Made by a program: the position numbers and the translations under genes | Notes under the pieces: model-generated | Told to the model about the DNA's origin: nothing | The model's input: the letters and a program-made list of their open reading frames with translations, nothing else | Databases searched by the model: none | Assembly (NCBI GenBank): GCA_045602305.1 | Contig: JAZSBJ010000040.1 | Span: 1 to 41,524, forward strand | DNA length: 41,524 nucleotides | DNA from: Eubacteriales bacterium | GTDB lineage: Bacteria > Bacillota > Clostridia > Oscillospirales > CAG-272 | Direction of reading: 5' to 3' | In this document: positions 14,889-24,125 of the stretch, piece by piece | Layout: every line of letters begins with the position of its first letter | How positions within the stretch are numbered: the stretch's first letter is position 1

Positions 14889-16073
14889 TTAAAATTTACG
14901 CCAAACCATCTTGTTGACAACACCCGTGTAAGACTGAATGATCTTAACCACCTTGGTCGAAACGTTTTCTTCTACGTAGGTGGGGACGGGGATGCCGTGG
15001 TCGCCCTCACTGTTCATTGAAACGGCGGTGCCGACTGCCTGCAAAAGGCTGTTTTCGTCAATACCGGCGAGGATGAAGCAAGCCTTGTCAAGCGCCTCGG
15101 GGCGCTCGGTCGAGGTGCGGATGCAAACGGCGGGGAAGGGGTGTCCGACCGAGGTGAAGAAGGAGCTTTCCTCGGGGAGCGTACCGCTGTCCGAAATGAC
15201 GGCAAAAGCGTTCATTTGTAAACAGTTGTAGTCGTGGAAGCCAAGCGGCTCGTGCTGAATGACGCGGGAATCGAGCTTGAAGCCACTCTTTGCAAGACGG
15301 TTGCGGCTGCGCGGATGGCAGGAGTAAAGAATGGGCATATCGTACTTTTGTGCGATTTTGTTGATGGCGGTGAAAAGGCTCATAAAGTTCTTTTCGGTAT
15401 CGATGTTTTCTTCTCTGTGTGCCGAAAGAAGAATGTACTTGCCCTTCTCGAGCCCAAGACGCGCGTGAATATCGCTCGCCTCGATCTCGGCGAGGTTTTC
15501 GTGAAGCACCTCTGCCATCGGCGAGCCCGTCACGTAGGTGCGCTCCTTGGGGAGTCCGCACTCGTGCAGGTATCTGCGTGCGTGCTCGGAGTAGGCAAGG
15601 TTTACGTCCGAGATAATGTCAACGATACGGCGGTTGGTTTCCTCGGGCAGGCACTCATCCTTGCAACGGTTGCCAGCTTCCATATGGAAGATGGGAATGT
15701 GCAGTCGCTTGGCGGCGATCGCAGAGAGGCAGGAGTTGGTGTCGCCGAGCACGAGAAGCGCGTCGGGCTTGATCTGGTTCATCAGCTTAAAGGAGCAGTT
15801 GATGATGTTGCCAACGGTAGCACCCAGGTCGTCGCCCACGGCGTCCATATATACCTCGGGGGCTGCGAGCTTTAAGTCGCGGAAGAAGACGCCGTTTAAG
15901 TTGTAGTCGTAGTTTTGTCCCGTGTGGGCAAGAATGCAGTCAAAATATTTGCGGCACTTGTTGATGACGGCGGCAAGACGGATGATCTCGGGACGCGTAC
16001 CCACGATGATCAAGAGCTTAAGTCTTCCGTCGTTTTGAAAGGAAATATCGCTGTAATCAAGTTTGATGTCCAT
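14889..16073 (-). CDS. fnlC: UDP-2-acetamido-2,6-dideoxy-L-talose 2-epimerase / non-hydrolysing UDP-GlcNAc 2-epimerase family (FnlC/Cap5G/WbjD type)
   Basis: The sequence reads LKLLIIVGTRPEIIRLAAVI...HTGQNYDYNLNGVFF...DTNSCLSAIAAKRLHIPIFHMEAGNR. It is the last gene of an fnlA-fnlB-fnlC order. Confidence 0.8.
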   Translation of the reverse strand: MDIKLDYSDISFQNDGRLKLLIIVGTRPEIIRLAAVINKCRKYFDCILAHTGQNYDYNLNGVFFRDLKLAAPEVYMDAVGDDLGATVGNIINCSFKLMNQIKPDALLVLGDTNSCLSAIAAKRLHIPIFHMEAGNRCKDECLPEETNRRIVDIISDVNLAYSEHARRYLHECGLPKERTYVTGSPMAEVLHENLAEIEASDIHARLGLEKGKYILLSAHREENIDTEKNFMSLFTAINKIAQKYDMPILYSCHPRSRNRLAKSGFKLDSRVIQHEPLGFHDYNCLQMNAFAVISDSGTLPEESSFFTSVGHPFPAVCIRTSTERPEALDKACFILAGIDENSLLQAVGTAVSMNSEGDHGIPVPTYVEENVSTKVVKIIQSYTGVVNKMVWRKF

Positions 16074-16107
16074 AATAGCAGCCTTTGTTATTTTCTAAAA
16101 ATCTTTT

Positions 16108-17304
16108 TTATACCACTTCAAAAAAAGTGTCGGGGTGATTTGGGTCGAACTGCTCGTTCGCCCACATCACCGTAACGAGATTTTCGGTGTCTGAGAGGTT
16201 GATGATGTTGTGTGTGTAGCCGGGGAGCATATGGATGGCGCGGATTTCATCGCCTGAAACCTCAAAATTCAAGACCTCGTCCGTGCCGAGCTTTCGCTGT
16301 TGGATAAGTCCCTTACCGCTGACGACGATGAAGAATTCCCACTTGGTATGATGCCAATGCTGTCCCTTGGTGATGCCGGGCTTCGAGATGTTCACGGAGA
16401 ACTGTCCGCACTTTTCGGTGCGAAGCAGCTCGGTAAAGGAGCCACGCGCGTCCACGTTCATCTTTAGGGGGAAGGACGCCTTTTCCTTGGGCAGATAGGA
16501 AAGATAGGTGGAGTATAGCTTTTTTGCAAAGCTGCCGTTAGGAATCTCGGGCATCAAAAGCGTTTGGGGCTGTCCTTTAAAGGATTCGAGCAGAGAAACG
16601 ATCTCGCCGAGCGTGACCTTGTGCGTTACGGGTGCGGCACAGTATTTGCCGCCGTCACAAAGGACGGTGTCTGTGCCGTCAAAGGTGCAACGGTGCTCAC
16701 GCCCCTCAAGGGCGCATAGCATCTCATCGACAAGATCGTCGATGTAAAGAAGCTCGAGGCGCACAGACGGGTCGTTTACCGTGTAGGGCAGGTCGCAGGC
16801 AAAGGCGTTGCAAAAGGTCGCCACTGCCGAGTTGTAGTTGGGGCGGCACCATTTGCCGAAGAGGTTGGGGAAGCGGTAAACAAGCACACGGGCTCCCGTT
16901 TCTTCGGCGTAGGAGAACATAAGCTCCTCACCTGCCTTTTTGCTTCTGCCGTACTCGCTGTCGTAGCGTCCGATGCAGGTCGCTTGGATGGACGAGGAGA
17001 TCATTACGGGGCAGGTGTTTTTGTGCTTTTTGAGGGTGTCAAGGAGCGTGGAAGCAAAGCCAAAGTTGCCCGCCATAAACTCCTCAGTCGATTTTGGGCG
17101 GTTGACGCCCGCAAGGTTGAATACGAAGTCGCATTCGGCGCACGCCTCGTCAAGGAGAGAGGCGGGGGAGTCGATGTCGTATAAATAGAGCTTTTCCACC
17201 GAGAGGGCGGGGTGTGTTCTATCCTTGCCGTCCCGCACACACTCAAGCGCCGCTGCGAGGTTCTTTCCAACGAATCCCGCGGCACCCGTAATCAAAATCT
17301 TCAT
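16108..17304 (-). CDS. fnlB: Two-domain SDR plus cupin reductase/epimerase (FnlB/CapF/WbjC type)
   Basis: The N-terminal Rossmann motif is MKILITGAAGFVGKNL. The C-terminal cupin region reads ARGSFTELL...GITKGQHWHHTKWEFFIVVSG. Its start overlaps the fnlA stop in TAATG. Confidence 0.8.
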   Translation of the reverse strand: MKILITGAAGFVGKNLAAALECVRDGKDRTHPALSVEKLYLYDIDSPASLLDEACAECDFVFNLAGVNRPKSTEEFMAGNFGFASTLLDTLKKHKNTCPVMISSSIQATCIGRYDSEYGRSKKAGEELMFSYAEETGARVLVYRFPNLFGKWCRPNYNSAVATFCNAFACDLPYTVNDPSVRLELLYIDDLVDEMLCALEGREHRCTFDGTDTVLCDGGKYCAAPVTHKVTLGEIVSLLESFKGQPQTLLMPEIPNGSFAKKLYSTYLSYLPKEKASFPLKMNVDARGSFTELLRTEKCGQFSVNISKPGITKGQHWHHTKWEFFIVVSGKGLIQQRKLGTDEVLNFEVSGDEIRAIHMLPGYTHNIINLSDTENLVTVMWANEQFDPNHPDTFFEVV

Positions 17305-18353
17305 TACAGTCTTCCGTCCTTTGCGAGCTCTTCTTGGATATACGCAAGAGAAGCGATCTTTGCTTTGGTTTCTTCTACGCTGAGAAGCTTCGTGTTGTTG
17401 GAGTTGAACTCGGTCAAGGTGTTGCGCTCTGCGTCGCCCTTGTTAAAGTACTTGTCGTAGTTGAGTCCGCGCTTGTCGCAGGGCACACGGTAGAAGTTGC
17501 CCATATCGATGGCGTTTGCACATTCCTCGTTGGTGAGCAGGGTTTCGTACATCTTCTCGCCGTGGCGAATGCCGATGACCTTGATTGCGTTCTTGTCGCC
17601 GCCAAACAGCTCACAAACCGCCTCAGCCTGCGTTTGAATGGTGCAAGCGGGTGCCTTCTGTACGAGGATATCACCGCTTTCGCCGTGCTCAAAGGCGAAG
17701 AGCACGAGGTCAACTGCCTCGTCAAGCGACATAATGAAGCGCGTCATCGTGCCGTCGGTGATGGTGATGGGGTTGCCGCTTCTGATCTGCTCAATCCAAA
17801 GCGGAATGACAGAGCCGCGCGAGCACATTACGTTGCCGTAACGGGTGCAGCAGATCTTAGTCTTTTCGGGGGATACGGTGCGGGATTTGGCGACGATGAC
17901 CTTTTCCATCATTGCCTTGGACGTACCCATTGCGTTGACGGGATATGCCGCCTTATCGGTCGAGAGGCAAACGACGTTCTTAACGCCCGCTTCGATCGCG
18001 GCGGTCAAAACGTTCTCGGTGCCGAGCACGTTGGTCTTGACCGCCTCAATGGGGAAAAATTCGCACGAGGGTACCTGCTTGTGCGCTGCCGCGTGGAAGA
18101 TGTAGTCTACACCGTGCATCGCGTTCTTCACCGAAGCGAGATCGCGCACGTCGCCGATGTAAAACTTGATCTTTTCCGCCACCTCGGGCATTTTTGCCTG
18201 AAATTCGTGACGCATATCGTCCTGCTTCTTCTCATCGCGCGAGAAGATGCGGATCTCCCCGATATCGGTACGCAAGAAGCGGTTGAGCACCGCATTTCCA
18301 AAGCTACCGGTACCGCCGGTGATCAGTAGAGTTTTTCCAGTAAACAAAGACAT
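17304..18353 (-). CDS. fnlA: UDP-GlcNAc 4,6-dehydratase/5-epimerase (FnlA/CapE/WbjB type)
   Basis: The start is the ATG at 18353 after GGGAGG. The sequence reads MSLFTGKTLLITGGTGSFGNAVLNRFL...IRIFSRDEKKQDDM, which is typical of the CapE/FnlA/PseB clade. Confidence 0.85.
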   Translation of the reverse strand: MSLFTGKTLLITGGTGSFGNAVLNRFLRTDIGEIRIFSRDEKKQDDMRHEFQAKMPEVAEKIKFYIGDVRDLASVKNAMHGVDYIFHAAAHKQVPSCEFFPIEAVKTNVLGTENVLTAAIEAGVKNVVCLSTDKAAYPVNAMGTSKAMMEKVIVAKSRTVSPEKTKICCTRYGNVMCSRGSVIPLWIEQIRSGNPITITDGTMTRFIMSLDEAVDLVLFAFEHGESGDILVQKAPACTIQTQAEAVCELFGGDKNAIKVIGIRHGEKMYETLLTNEECANAIDMGNFYRVPCDKRGLNYDKYFNKGDAERNTLTEFNSNNTKLLSVEETKAKIASLAYIQEELAKDGRL

Positions 18354-18371
18354 ATGGTTGCCTCCCAAATA

Positions 18372-18399
18372 ATTATCGAAATCTTTTTAGTTTTTTCAA
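18372..18399 (-). promoter_or_regulatory. Possible internal promoter ahead of fnlABC (TTGAAA-N16-GATAAT)
   Basis: On the minus strand, TTGAAA is at 18399-18394, the spacer is 16 nt, and GATAAT is at 18377-18372. It lies in the 63-bp gap upstream of fnlA. Confidence 0.35.
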
Positions 18400-18416
18400 A
18401 TGAATAGAAACGCTGT

Positions 18417-19133
18417 TTACACAAGGCGTGCGACAGCCGCAACGACCTTGGCAAGATCCTCGGGATTGTCAATCTCGGTGCAAAGACGATCCTTTACATC
18501 GAGAATGTGGATGGGACACGTGTCCGTGATCTCGTTGAGTGCGACCTCGGCGTAGACGCCCGTCTTTCCCGCCTCGCAAAAGTCAATGATATGGTCAAGC
18601 CAGGTATTCCACTCGGCCTTGTTGAGCTTGTAGAGCGCTTGGGCTTCCATTGCGTTCTCAAAAAACTCAACGCCAACCTTTTTAACCATACCGTCAATGA
18701 CGACTGCCTTGAAGTCCTTTTCGGGCAGGGGAAGGGTCGACGAAACCTTCATACAGCTGTGGGGAAAGCGGAGTGCATCTTCCAGCACCGAGGCTTCAAA
18801 GACGAGGTCGCCGTGCAAAAGAAGGATGTCCTCATCCTTTAACACCTCGCGCGCGCAGTAGATGGAGTAGATATAGTTGGTTTTATCGTAAATGGGATTT
18901 TTTACGAAGGTAAAGTGAATGGGGAGCGCGAGAGAATGGCAGTAGTCAACGAGGATCTCGTCAAAATATCCCGTTGTCATTACCACCTCGCGAATGCCCG
19001 CCTCAGAGAGAAGGCGAAGCTGACGGGAAAGAATGGAGTCGGTAGCGGAAACGTCGGTCATACATTTGGGATGCTCACTCGTTAGGACACCCATACGGCG
19101 TCCGAGTCCCGAGTTTAAAATTAAAGCTTTCAT
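18417..19133 (-). CDS. LicC-like nucleotidyltransferase (phospho-alcohol or phosphonate cytidylyltransferase family)
   Basis: The N-terminal NTP-binding loop is MKALILNSGLGRRMG. The overall layout resembles LicC (YSIY, LLLHGDLVF, C-terminal EIDNPEDL). Length is 238 aa. Confidence 0.6.
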   Translation of the reverse strand: MKALILNSGLGRRMGVLTSEHPKCMTDVSATDSILSRQLRLLSEAGIREVVMTTGYFDEILVDYCHSLALPIHFTFVKNPIYDKTNYIYSIYCAREVLKDEDILLLHGDLVFEASVLEDALRFPHSCMKVSSTLPLPEKDFKAVVIDGMVKKVGVEFFENAMEAQALYKLNKAEWNTWLDHIIDFCEAGKTGVYAEVALNEITDTCPIHILDVKDRLCTEIDNPEDLAKVVAAVARLV

Positions 19134-19155
19134 TGCTTGTCCTCCACGGTGAACC

Positions 19156-20325
19156 TTATTTTTTCTGTAATAGCTTCATACGAATTCTACCCATCTTGCG
19201 ACGCACGACAGCAGCTAGTCTTTCGCTTTTGCTTTCTTGTCGCCAGATGCGGTCCTTTTCGGCACGAAGTGCCGCGAGCGCTTCTTGGGCACGCTCCCAA
19301 TCGGGATAGTAATATACTTGATCCAGAGGAGTCTTCACCTTTCGGTCGACATCCGTTACCGTTTTGCTTACGATGTTGCAGTTTTCATTCGGGTCGAAGC
19401 TTAAATCATACAGCTCTTCTGTTTTAGATTCTTTGTTATATATGTATTTGAAGTTTTCGCGAATGATGGCGAGCTTGCGGTGAAGCTGCTTGTAATATGC
19501 ACAGTCTGCAAAGACAAATTCATCCTTGGGGATCTTCTCCTGCAAGACGTCATAAATGTGTATGTTGGATAAAGGTGTATCGCAAATGTCAAGCCCGTCT
19601 ATTCTTGGGGCGATTAGGGGGATATTGATGGCGGGCTCATATACGTCGAAGCCGTAGCAGATCTTGTTTTTGATCCCGTTCATATTTCCGTGATCGGCGG
19701 AGATGAAGATGGCGTCGTCTGAAAAATGTTCTCTTACGTGACCGATCACGCGGTCAAACAGATCCATATCACTGCCGTAGCAGTTTCTTCCCAAAAGGAC
19801 GTGAGGCAAATGAATCCAGAGAAATAGCTTTCCGTCTGTGCTGTTTGCGACGGATTCGATAGATTCCTTGATGGATGCTACGGTTTTATCGGCTAGCACG
19901 TCATCGATTGGAATATCTCCCGCATACATATGGTGCGCGCCGACGGTTTGATTGATGTTGATAAGATTGAATTTTGTGTTTTTGCCATAGCACTGAGAAT
20001 AGGTTTTCGCCATCTTTATCCATTTTTCATCCCAAATGATCTGGCAATCGTATCCTTGCTCGTAGAGCTGATCGAAAACTGTGTTTTCCATCTCTTTTTC
20101 TATGGCAACGTAGCGTTCGTTTTCGGTTTCATAAGAATTTTTTTGCGTGAACATACCGATGAAGGACATTGCCGTTGAGGGGGCGCAGGTGTAAAATCTG
20201 TTAAAAACGGTGCCCTTGCTTGCAAGCTCGGATAAGTTTGGCATAATATTTGCCTTGTTACCGTATATCGGCAAATAACTTTTACAAAGCGCGTCCTTGG
20301 TAAGCAAAACGATTCTGTCTTTCAT
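19156..20325 (-). CDS. Soluble alkaline-phosphatase-superfamily (sulfatase-fold) protein, not a canonical sulfatase
   Basis: The start is the ATG at 20325 after AAGGAG (MKDRIVLLTKDAL...). The nucleophile region CAPSTAMSF lacks the Arg of the CxPxR motif. The distal metal site FISADHGN is present. No N-terminal TM segment or signal peptide is visible. Confidence 0.6.
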   Translation of the reverse strand: MKDRIVLLTKDALCKSYLPIYGNKANIMPNLSELASKGTVFNRFYTCAPSTAMSFIGMFTQKNSYETENERYVAIEKEMENTVFDQLYEQGYDCQIIWDEKWIKMAKTYSQCYGKNTKFNLININQTVGAHHMYAGDIPIDDVLADKTVASIKESIESVANSTDGKLFLWIHLPHVLLGRNCYGSDMDLFDRVIGHVREHFSDDAIFISADHGNMNGIKNKICYGFDVYEPAINIPLIAPRIDGLDICDTPLSNIHIYDVLQEKIPKDEFVFADCAYYKQLHRKLAIIRENFKYIYNKESKTEELYDLSFDPNENCNIVSKTVTDVDRKVKTPLDQVYYYPDWERAQEALAALRAEKDRIWRQESKSERLAAVVRRKMGRIRMKLLQKK

Positions 20326-20401
20326 AGGTTTGACTCCTTTTTGATACGCAATCGTCCGATTGCACATTTCAGTTTGAAAATTACAGCTTTATCTGCCCTT
20401 A

Positions 20402-21919
20402 TTATGCTTTACCCTGCGGTTTCTTTTTGAAAAACTTTTTACCCACGATCGTTTTAAGCTCGCTGCGATAGCCGATGAGCGATACGCAAACGAGGATGAC
20501 GAGGGTGATACCGAACACGGCAAAGCCGTTCAATGCCCAATGGAAATAACCGTTGATTGCCTCAAGCGGCAAAAGAAGGTTGGAAAGCAAGACAACCCCA
20601 AGGCAGGGGACGAAAAATAGAACGACAGTTTTCCCAAAGCGTCTGAGCGGACGGTTTAGGATGTTTTTTCTGAGATAAATGACCTGTGCGATCAAGCGGT
20701 AAACTATGGCGATAAGAAAGCTGAGCGCAACGCCTGCAAGGTCGAATTTGTGAACGAGAATGAGAGAAAGGACGATGTTGATGCTCACCTCGATATAGGC
20801 ATATTTTGCGGTCTGCTTAAAATGCCCCGCCGCGTATGTCGCATTGATATAGGGCTCGCGGAAGCAGTATAGCATTTCTGCAGTCATAAGAAGGATGCCG
20901 AATAGAGGTTGAATATAGTTGGCGTCCGTGACATTCGCCGTGTACACCTTTATGAAGGGGACGACGAGGACGATGCCGCACGAGAACAAGAGAACAGAGA
21001 GAAACGCCATACCGAACTCGTAAAGATTGAACGCCCTGTTGGCTTCCTTGATATCGTCCTTCGCCAAGACGCTGCCAAAGGAAGGGAGAAGCGTAGAAGC
21101 AATCGAAACGGCAAAGTTACGAATGGAGTTGGCGACCATAAGGTAGACCGAAAAAACGGATACCATAGCGAGCGTTGAAAAGACGGTGAGTACGATGACG
21201 CTGATGTTTTTATTGATAAAGTGCGCCAAGGTGTGCCCAAAGCCCGACCAGCGTTGATTTAACGCATCGGTGTCGCGCGGGATCTTCTTGTCGAGCTTAA
21301 AGCGCTTTCGCGTATAAAGCGAGAATGCGACGGGCTGCAGGAAAAGAACGGTGGCACTCAGCGCCTTCATAATGATTAAGTCGGGGAAAATGCGGGAGAA
21401 TACGATAACGAGCACCATATTGAGCAGCATAACGCCGGCTTTTGTCAAGGAAAGGAAGTAATGGTTTTGAGATGCGCGGATCAAGACTTGGTGCGTTAAG
21501 GAGAAGAAATATTGCGTAAAAAGATTGGTCGCAAGAACCAAGACAAGCACTAAAATATAGGGATAAGAGAAGGTGGACTTTACGACCAAGGGATAAACGA
21601 GAGCCAAAACGGCGGCGTAAACGATATAGATAAGCCCGATCTGCTTGAAAAAGCGTTGTGTTGCATTAAAAATCGCGCTGATCTTTTCTTGGTTGTTTTC
21701 GCGTAACGGCTTGTATAAAGAAGCCATAACGACGCTGCTTAAGCCACCCTCAAGCAGCGAAATATAGCTCAAGCACTGGTTGATCGAGGTGGCAAGTCCG
21801 TTTGCCTCGGAGCCGAGAACGGAAATGAAAATTTTTGGGACGATCAGTCCGTTGAGTATCGCAACCAGCTCTAAAAGAGAGGTTGCGAGCAGATTTCTTC
21901 GAATAATTTTTTTGCTCAT
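20402..21919 (-). CDS. wzx: Wzx-type oligosaccharide flippase (MOP superfamily)
   Basis: About 505 aa and highly hydrophobic, with roughly 12-14 helices. The N-terminus reads KKIIRRNLLATSLLELVAILNGLIVPKIFISVLGSEANGL. I prefer the ATG at 21919, because the ATG at 21931 abuts the SD. Confidence 0.8.
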   Translation of the reverse strand: MSKKIIRRNLLATSLLELVAILNGLIVPKIFISVLGSEANGLATSINQCLSYISLLEGGLSSVVMASLYKPLRENNQEKISAIFNATQRFFKQIGLIYIVYAAVLALVYPLVVKSTFSYPYILVLVLVLATNLFTQYFFSLTHQVLIRASQNHYFLSLTKAGVMLLNMVLVIVFSRIFPDLIIMKALSATVLFLQPVAFSLYTRKRFKLDKKIPRDTDALNQRWSGFGHTLAHFINKNISVIVLTVFSTLAMVSVFSVYLMVANSIRNFAVSIASTLLPSFGSVLAKDDIKEANRAFNLYEFGMAFLSVLLFSCGIVLVVPFIKVYTANVTDANYIQPLFGILLMTAEMLYCFREPYINATYAAGHFKQTAKYAYIEVSINIVLSLILVHKFDLAGVALSFLIAIVYRLIAQVIYLRKNILNRPLRRFGKTVVLFFVPCLGVVLLSNLLLPLEAINGYFHWALNGFAVFGITLVILVCVSLIGYRSELKTIVGKKFFKKKPQGKA

Positions 21920-21961
21920 ATCGTGGAGCATCTCCTTGCTTTAGACGGAATGTGCGGCAAA

Positions 21962-22939
21962 TCAACCGACGAATACGCCGAATTTTCTTGCGAGTCTTAT
22001 GGTGGGGCGTTCAATATGCAAAAGAATTGCCCAACACAAGAGGCGGTATGTTTTCTTTAAACGTTTTTCCTTCAAGATAGCCTTTTTGTTTTTTCGAATC
22101 TCTTGATTGACCGTTTGGCGCTCGCTAATCTTGCCTTTTGTGACGGCAATGCGAGAGGCAAGCACCAGAAGATTCTTGTAGTAGAGAAAATCGGCATCCT
22201 TTGCAAGCGCGGGGAACTGTACAAGGCATCGGTCGCGCACATCTTTAAAGTTGTAATAAAGTCCCATCGTTTTGGGGGCAAAGGCAGATTTTGACGTGCT
22301 TCCCGCACGTTGAAAATAGTAATAAAAGGGCTTTGCACAATGCACGACGCTTTCGGCCCTGGTCAGTGCATCGAATACGAAGGGAACGTCCTCGCAGATG
22401 TACCCGAGAGGGTACCGCACGTCCTTCAAAACCTCTCGCTTGAACAGTTTGTCGCAAGAGGAAGAGTCGATGGCACGGTAGGTGAGGAATCGCTTGACCG
22501 CTTCCTCGGTATTCATTACGGTTTCTTCGTCTAAGTGAAAGCTCTGAGATTCGATGGCGGTATCGCCTTTCACGGTGAATCTCCCGCACACGGCAATGTC
22601 GCAACCGTTTCTTTGCAAGGCGGACAAAAGCACCTCGTACATATTGGGAGCGATCCAGTCATCGCTGTCGACAAAACCGATATAATCTCCTTTTGCCATA
22701 GAGATGCCGCGATTTCTTGCGCTGGCTTGTCCCCCATTCGGCTGGTGAACGACGACAATGCGAGAGTCCTTGGCACCGTATGCGTCGCAAAGATTTCCCG
22801 ACGCGTCCGTAGATCCATCGTTGATTAAAAGAATCTCAAGATTTTCGTGGGTTTGGGAAAGGATGGAACGGATACATTTTTCAAAATACGGCTCAACGTT
22901 GTAGACGGGAACGATTATGCTGATCAGGGGCAGGTTCAT
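21962..22939 (-). CDS. Glycosyltransferase family 2
   Basis: The sequence reads ISIIVPVYNVEPYFEKCIRSILSQT...LLINDGSTD...NGGQASARNRGI...YIGFVDSDDW. Confidence 0.9.
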   Translation of the reverse strand: MNLPLISIIVPVYNVEPYFEKCIRSILSQTHENLEILLINDGSTDASGNLCDAYGAKDSRIVVVHQPNGGQASARNRGISMAKGDYIGFVDSDDWIAPNMYEVLLSALQRNGCDIAVCGRFTVKGDTAIESQSFHLDEETVMNTEEAVKRFLTYRAIDSSSCDKLFKREVLKDVRYPLGYICEDVPFVFDALTRAESVVHCAKPFYYYFQRAGSTSKSAFAPKTMGLYYNFKDVRDRCLVQFPALAKDADFLYYKNLLVLASRIAVTKGKISERQTVNQEIRKNKKAILKEKRLKKTYRLLCWAILLHIERPTIRLARKFGVFVG

Positions 22940-24125
22940 CGTTTTTTCCTTCTTTCTTATCCTCTGTTTTGCTGTCTAATAGCGCTTTTCCGCAAAAGAT
23001 CGCCAAAAGAAAATACAGGGTGTAGTCTAAGGCTCCGGTGATGAGGGATGCTTCCATCGTCATATGCAAAAGTCCGGCAATGAAGCAGGCGAAGGGGACG
23101 CAAGACAAACGTTTTTCTTTGTTTTCATTCAAAAGCATACGGCCTGTGCTAATCAAGCCGATGAGGAAAAACACGGCGGTCGGCAATGAAAAATCCCAAG
23201 CAATATCAAGCATTGTATTATGGGCGCCGAGTTCTTCGCTCAGACTGTGTGCGATGGTTTGCCCTATCTTCATTGAAAAGGGCTCGTTCAAAACGGTTTC
23301 TACGACCGTCGGCCAAATTTTTTCTCGTCCCGTCCAAGCGGAAGATCCCATAAACGTGAAGTCAACGCCGAGCTTTTCGACAAGCCAAGTTACGATAAAC
23401 GGCAGGATGGCGAAAAGAAGCATAGCCACGGAAAAAACAGCCTTTTTCCAGCGGGGAAGGAGAAAGAGCAACAGGCAAAGCCCCATACAAAGGATGCAAG
23501 CGGAAAAGGCAGTACGGCTACCCGTACGGAACGCTCCGTAAAGAAGACCGATGGAAAGCACCCACCAAAAGACATTTTTCTTTTTTTCAATGCACAAGAA
23601 CGAGAAAATGCCCAGGAAAACGGACATATAAAGAAGACCGCTTTGGTTCTCGTTTTGCGTGTAAAGCAAGAGCATTCCGTCGCGATAGCTGGACGGAATA
23701 AATGCAAAGACCACAAGAAGCGCCGCGACAGCCGTTAGTAAATAAAAGAAGACTTTTGCATCCTTAGATACGGGGCGTATGGCGCGGCTTGAGAAGAGAA
23801 GCGGGAACGCGAGCAAGAAGGTGATGGACGATTCAAGCTGCGATCTGTATACAAGCAAGAGCTTGAGAGCGATCCAAATGAAGAGAAGTAAAAATGCAAG
23901 GAAAAGCAAAAACGAAAAGGATGTTTGCTTTAGTTGCAGCTTTTGGAGAATGCAGTATGCCAAGAACAGAAATACAAAAACGTATAAGAACTTAAAAAGG
24001 GTTGACGCGATGGAAGAAAATCCCAATAATTGGAAAATATGCCGAACGCAAAGCAAAACGGCAATCAGGAAAAAGACCGGATTGCTTTTCTCGGTGTTCT
24101 TTTGTGATTGAAGCGATTTTGGCAT
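22893..24125 (-). CDS. wzy: Wzy-type polymerase / O-antigen ligase-like membrane protein
   Basis: 410 aa with about 10-11 hydrophobic helices and one larger loop (GSSAWTGREKIWPTVVE). It sits between glycosyltransferases. Its 3' end overlaps the GT2 start by 47 nt. Confidence 0.7.
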   Translation of the reverse strand: MPKSLQSQKNTEKSNPVFFLIAVLLCVRHIFQLLGFSSIASTLFKFLYVFVFLFLAYCILQKLQLKQTSFSFLLFLAFLLLFIWIALKLLLVYRSQLESSITFLLAFPLLFSSRAIRPVSKDAKVFFYLLTAVAALLVVFAFIPSSYRDGMLLLYTQNENQSGLLYMSVFLGIFSFLCIEKKKNVFWWVLSIGLLYGAFRTGSRTAFSACILCMGLCLLLFLLPRWKKAVFSVAMLLFAILPFIVTWLVEKLGVDFTFMGSSAWTGREKIWPTVVETVLNEPFSMKIGQTIAHSLSEELGAHNTMLDIAWDFSLPTAVFFLIGLISTGRMLLNENKEKRLSCVPFACFIAGLLHMTMEASLITGALDYTLYFLLAIFCGKALLDSKTEDKKEGKNDEPAPDQHNRSRLQR

